A DNA stretch of 64,000 bases from Clostridia bacterium (GTDB lineage: Bacteria > Bacillota > Clostridia > TANB77 > CAG-508), in contig JAAWDR010000028.1 in the NCBI GenBank assembly GCA_022793875.1, forward strand, positions 23,544 to 87,543, in the 5' to 3' direction. The translations under genes were made by a program, and so were the position numbers. Under the pieces are notes generated by a model. The model had not been told where the DNA came from, searched no databases, and worked only from the letters and a program-made list of their open reading frames with translations. Each line of letters begins with the position of its first letter. Position 1 is the first letter of the stretch. Shown here one piece after another: positions 61,005 to 64,000 of this stretch.

Positions 61005-61880
61005 TCATAAAACAATATCTCTTTTTAGCAAATTGTTTTCAACAACTCCAATTCCAATAAACTTATCATCTTTATCATAAATTCTATATATTCCATTATC
61101 AAAATTCTGTGTTAATTTCACACCATTTAAAAATAATTCTAATTTTCTGATATCTAATTTTATAATATTACTTTTTGAAAATAATTTTTCTATTGAAATA
61201 ATCTTACTATCAATATACTTCTCATCATCAACATTATTTTGTAAATCTTCAATAGTTACACTATCTTCTATATTAAAATCTCCAACTTTAATTCTCTTTA
61301 ACTCTTTCATATATCCAACAGTCTCAAATTTTTTTGCTATATCTTCACACAAGCTTCTAATATATGTACCTTTACCACAAAAAACCTCAAATTTAATTTG
61401 CTTTTCTTCTATTGAATAATCAATTAAATTAATATCATAAATCTCTATCTCTCTTGGCTTTAATTCAATATTTTGTCCTTTTCTTGCATATTCATATAGT
61501 TTTTTCCCATTTACTTTTATAGCTGAATAAATTGGTGGAATTTGTTCTTGTTGTCCTATAAACGATTTTAAAATTTTTATAATATCTTCTTCATTTAAAA
61601 AATCCACATTTACATCTTTTTCTTCTATAACTTTACCTTCTGAATCTGCAGTATCTGTTTTTATCCCTAATTGAAGTTTAACTACATATTTTTTATCATG
61701 ATTTATCAAATATTTAGATAATAAAGTTCCTTTTCCAACAAGAATCGGAAGTACACCTTCTGCCATTGGATCTAATGTCCCTGTATGTCCAACTTTTTGA
61801 TTGAATAACTTTTTTATTTTATAAACTATATCATGTGATGTACAACCTTTTGGTTTATTTACTACTATTATACCATTCAT
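61005..61880 (-). CDS. truB: tRNA pseudouridine(55) synthase
   Basis: 291 aa with GIIVVNKPKGCTSHD and GHTGTLDPMAEGVLP. Confidence 0.9.
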   Translation of the reverse strand: MNGIIVVNKPKGCTSHDIVYKIKKLFNQKVGHTGTLDPMAEGVLPILVGKGTLLSKYLINHDKKYVVKLQLGIKTDTADSEGKVIEEKDVNVDFLNEEDIIKILKSFIGQQEQIPPIYSAIKVNGKKLYEYARKGQNIELKPREIEIYDINLIDYSIEEKQIKFEVFCGKGTYIRSLCEDIAKKFETVGYMKELKRIKVGDFNIEDSVTIEDLQNNVDDEKYIDSKIISIEKLFSKSNIIKLDIRKLELFLNGVKLTQNFDNGIYRIYDKDDKFIGIGVVENNLLKRDIVL

Positions 61881-61894
61881 TTTTTATTCCTTTC

Positions 61895-62022
61895 TGTGTC
61901 AATAGGGACGTCCTTTTTTGACACATTTTCGAACCAAAAAGGACACCCTTCTTCAAGATATATAAGAGGAGTGTCCCTTTTGGCCTATTTTTGTGTCAAA
62001 AAAGGACGTCCCTATTGACACA
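61895..62022. repeat. compound inverted repeat: two family-A palindromes (31 bp, mutual reverse complements) flanking an inner GGACAC/GTGTCC inverted repeat
   Basis: tgtgtcaatagggacgtccttttttgacaca (61895-61925) pairs with tgtgtcaaaaaaggacgtccctattgacaca (61992-62022). The right copy supplies the nrnA codons ttg tgt caa tag. Confidence 0.9.
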
Positions 62023-62971
62023 AAACTTTCTCTAATTCATTCATTACTTTTTGTTTTACTTGCTCAATGTCACCTTGAACAATAGCTCCAGCAGCTTTCT
62101 CATGTCCGCCTCCACTAAACATTAAGCATACATCTGACACATTAACATAGTCATTAGAACGCATAGAAACTTTATATAAATTTTCGTCATCTTCTCTTTG
62201 TCTAATAAACACAGAAACTTCTACACCTTCTATATCTCTTCCTATTTCAACTAGACCTTCATGGTCTCCTATTCCTGCGTTTACTTCTTCTAAATCTTTA
62301 TTTGTTATATATGTAAATGTAACTTTTCCATCTTGTAAAAATTCCATTCTGTCTATTGTTCTTTTCATTAATTCAAAATTAGATTTAGTTTTTGTATCTA
62401 ATACTCTTTTATATATATCAGATACATTTACACCTTTTTGTAATAAATCCGCTGTAAATTCAAATGTCTCTGGTGTTACTCCTGAATATCTAAATCCGCC
62501 TGTATCTGTTATTATTCCTGTTAAAATACAAGTTCCTAATTCCTTATCTATATTTATGTTAAAATATTGAAACATTCCTATTAAAATTTGGCAACATGCT
62601 GGTGACACTGGATTTATAAAATTAATATCACCATACATTTTATTACTTCCATGGTGATCAATTACTATTGTTTGTTTTGCATTTTCAAAATATTCATTTC
62701 CAACTAATCTTTTAAAATCTGCACAATCTAATGATATTGCTAAATCATATTTTTCTATATCTGAATTTTCTTTTATTTCTTCTCTACCTGGTAAAAAATC
62801 AAATATCTTCGGAACTTCTTTTATTATTACATCTGGATTTTTTCCTAATTGTTTTAATGCTACTCTCATAGCCAAGCTACTTCCAATAGCATCTCCATCT
62901 GGTGTTTCGTGTGTAAGTATTACTATTTTTTCAGCTTTCTTTATTTCTTCAATTATATTATCTAAAGTCAT
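62012..62971 (-). CDS. nrnA: DHH/DHHA1 phosphoesterase NrnA (oligoribonuclease / pAp phosphatase)
   Basis: 319 aa with ILTHETPDGDAIGS, VIDHHGSN and GGGHEKAAG. Confidence 0.85.
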   Translation of the reverse strand: MTLDNIIEEIKKAEKIVILTHETPDGDAIGSSLAMRVALKQLGKNPDVIIKEVPKIFDFLPGREEIKENSDIEKYDLAISLDCADFKRLVGNEYFENAKQTIVIDHHGSNKMYGDINFINPVSPACCQILIGMFQYFNINIDKELGTCILTGIITDTGGFRYSGVTPETFEFTADLLQKGVNVSDIYKRVLDTKTKSNFELMKRTIDRMEFLQDGKVTFTYITNKDLEEVNAGIGDHEGLVEIGRDIEGVEVSVFIRQREDDENLYKVSMRSNDYVNVSDVCLMFSGGGHEKAAGAIVQGDIEQVKQKVMNELEKVLCQ

Positions 62972-63023
62972 ACTCTTTCCTTTCTTTTTATAATTTTATT
63001 TTATATTATGCTTTCATTTTGCA

Positions 63024-63139
63024 ATGTAATACTTTTTATTTTTACAAATACTACGTCAGGACCGTTGAGAGATGTTAAATGTGTTAACATTGTTACAGCT
63101 ATAGTGGTAAAGTATGAGAATAAATAAAAAGTATTACAT
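63024..63139. repeat. structured intergenic element, copy 2: 18-bp perfect stem closing the conserved core
   Basis: atgtaatactttttattt (63024-63041) has its exact reverse complement at 63122-63139. The core is ggaccgttgagagatgttaaatgtgttaacattgttacag. Confidence 0.8.
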
Positions 63140-63178
63140 CATAAAATTAAATAATATTCAAAAATAAAATTATAACTT

Positions 63179-63541
63179 CTAATCTTCTTTTTTAGGTAAT
63201 ATTTCTTTTAATATAGAGTCTATTTTAGCACCATATTCCATAGAATCATCAATTTCAAACACTAATTCAGGGGTATTTCTTAAATTAATTCTTTTAGCTA
63301 ATTCACTTCTTATAAAACCAGATGATTTTTTCAATCCATCTAATGTTTCATCAATATTTTTTGAATTTAAAATACTTACATATACTTTTGCATATTTTAA
63401 ATCTGGTGTTACTTTTACTTTTGTAACACTTATCATACCTGTCACATTTGGATTTTTTAATTCATATCCAATTATCTGACTTAATTCTTTTCTATATTCT
63501 TCATCAATACGTCCTATTCTATTATTATTCTTACTTGGCAC
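63179..63541 (-). CDS. rbfA: ribosome-binding factor A
   Basis: RIGRIDEEYRKELSQII...VTKVKVTPDLKYAKVYVS is present. Start trimmed to the GTG at 63541 (GGAGGT SD) because the ORF-track N-terminus runs through a repeat. Confidence 0.85.
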   Translation of the reverse strand: MPSKNNNRIGRIDEEYRKELSQIIGYELKNPNVTGMISVTKVKVTPDLKYAKVYVSILNSKNIDETLDGLKKSSGFIRSELAKRINLRNTPELVFEIDDSMEYGAKIDSILKEILPKKED

Positions 63542-63560
63542 AATTATACCTCCTATATAT

Positions 63561-63617
63561 AATAAGGAATGTCCCACAATCCCTTCTAAAAGGGATTTTA
63601 GGACCGTCCCTTATTCC
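63561..63617. repeat. GGGAC/GTCCC palindromic element related to family B
   Basis: aataaggaatgtcccacaatcccttctaaaagggattttaggaccgtcccttattcc. It contains the hairpin AATCCCTT-ctaa-AAGGGATT and the ttaggaNcgtccc box, and abuts the infB stop. Confidence 0.7.
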
Positions 63618-64000
63618 CTATTTTTTAATTTCCTCCATAATATAAGCCTCAATAATATCGCTTTCTTTAATGTCATTGTAGTTTTCAATTTGGATACCAC
63701 ACTCAAATCCTTTTGTTACTTCTTTTGCTTCATCTTTAAATCTCTTTAATGTAGCAAGTTTACCTTCATGAATAACTATATTATCTCTAATAATTCTTAC
63801 TCCTGCATTTCTTTCAACTTTTCCAGTTAAAACATATGCACCTGCAATTGTTCCAACATTTGAAATTCTAAATGTTTGTCTTACTTCTGCTGTTCCTATT
63901 ACTTTTTCTTGATATTTTGGAGCTAACATTCCATTCATAGCTGCTTCTATTTCTTCTATTGCTTGATAAATTATAGAATATTGTTTTATTTCAACTTCTT
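63618..64000 (-). CDS. infB: translation initiation factor IF-2, C-terminal part (gene continues past the right window edge)
   Basis: The frame stays open to the window end (...[43 protein letters not shown]...). This is the typical IF-2 C2 domain, and the order infB-rbfA-nrnA-truB matches. Confidence 0.9.
   Translation of the reverse strand, partial: EVEIKQYSIIYQAIEEIEAAMNGMLAPKYQEKVIGTAEVRQTFRISNVGTIAGAYVLTGKVERNAGVRIIRDNIVIHEGKLATLKRFKDEAKEVTKGFECGIQIENYNDIKESDIIEAYIMEEIKK

Overview
The window is very AT-rich (roughly 27-30% GC by eye) and looks like chromosomal DNA from a Gram-positive Firmicute, probably class Clostridia. Evidence for that placement is a sortase plus LPXTG substrate, a SleB-like hydrolase and cohesin/dockerin modules. 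About 85% of the genes are on the minus strand. Most are housekeeping genes: recG, tsaD, lysS, obg, trpS, mutS, miaB, rpmF, dnaE, holA, murB, argS, galE, cysS, a PBP1A, truB, nrnA, rbfA and the 3' end of infB. I found no rRNA, tRNA, CRISPR array, transposase or prophage.

Six things go beyond routine annotation:
1. Seven conserved genes, including the essential dnaE, obg and tsaD, are each split by one extra C (two in obg). The extra C always sits directly 5' of a glycine GGA/GGT codon and creates an in-frame CGG. In-frame CGG read as Arg otherwise occurs only in accessory or orphan genes. This is either CGG-triggered +1 recoding or a very specific artefact.
2. A tightly coupled five-gene operon (14.6-20.3 kb) encodes a Ycf46-like AAA+ ATPase, a DUF1257-DUF2997 fusion, a divergent MiaB-like radical-SAM enzyme and two orphan proteins. 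It is followed by an MFS transporter and a tandem-HD alarmone-hydrolase-like gene. This is my best candidate for an undescribed system.
3. A GC-rich, promoter-to-terminator noncoding locus of about 690 nt (28.2-28.9 kb) carries three AGGAGGTA modules. I could not assign it to any RNA family.
4. Several families of GGGAC/GTCCC-rich palindromic intergenic elements have arms up to 62 bp and often abut or supply stop codons.
5. Two copies of a small element have a conserved core closed by different but perfectly complementary long stems.
6. A cluster links a sortase, cohesin proteins and a dockerin-bearing autolysin.

All calls come from reading the sequence and ORF track by eye. No searches were run.
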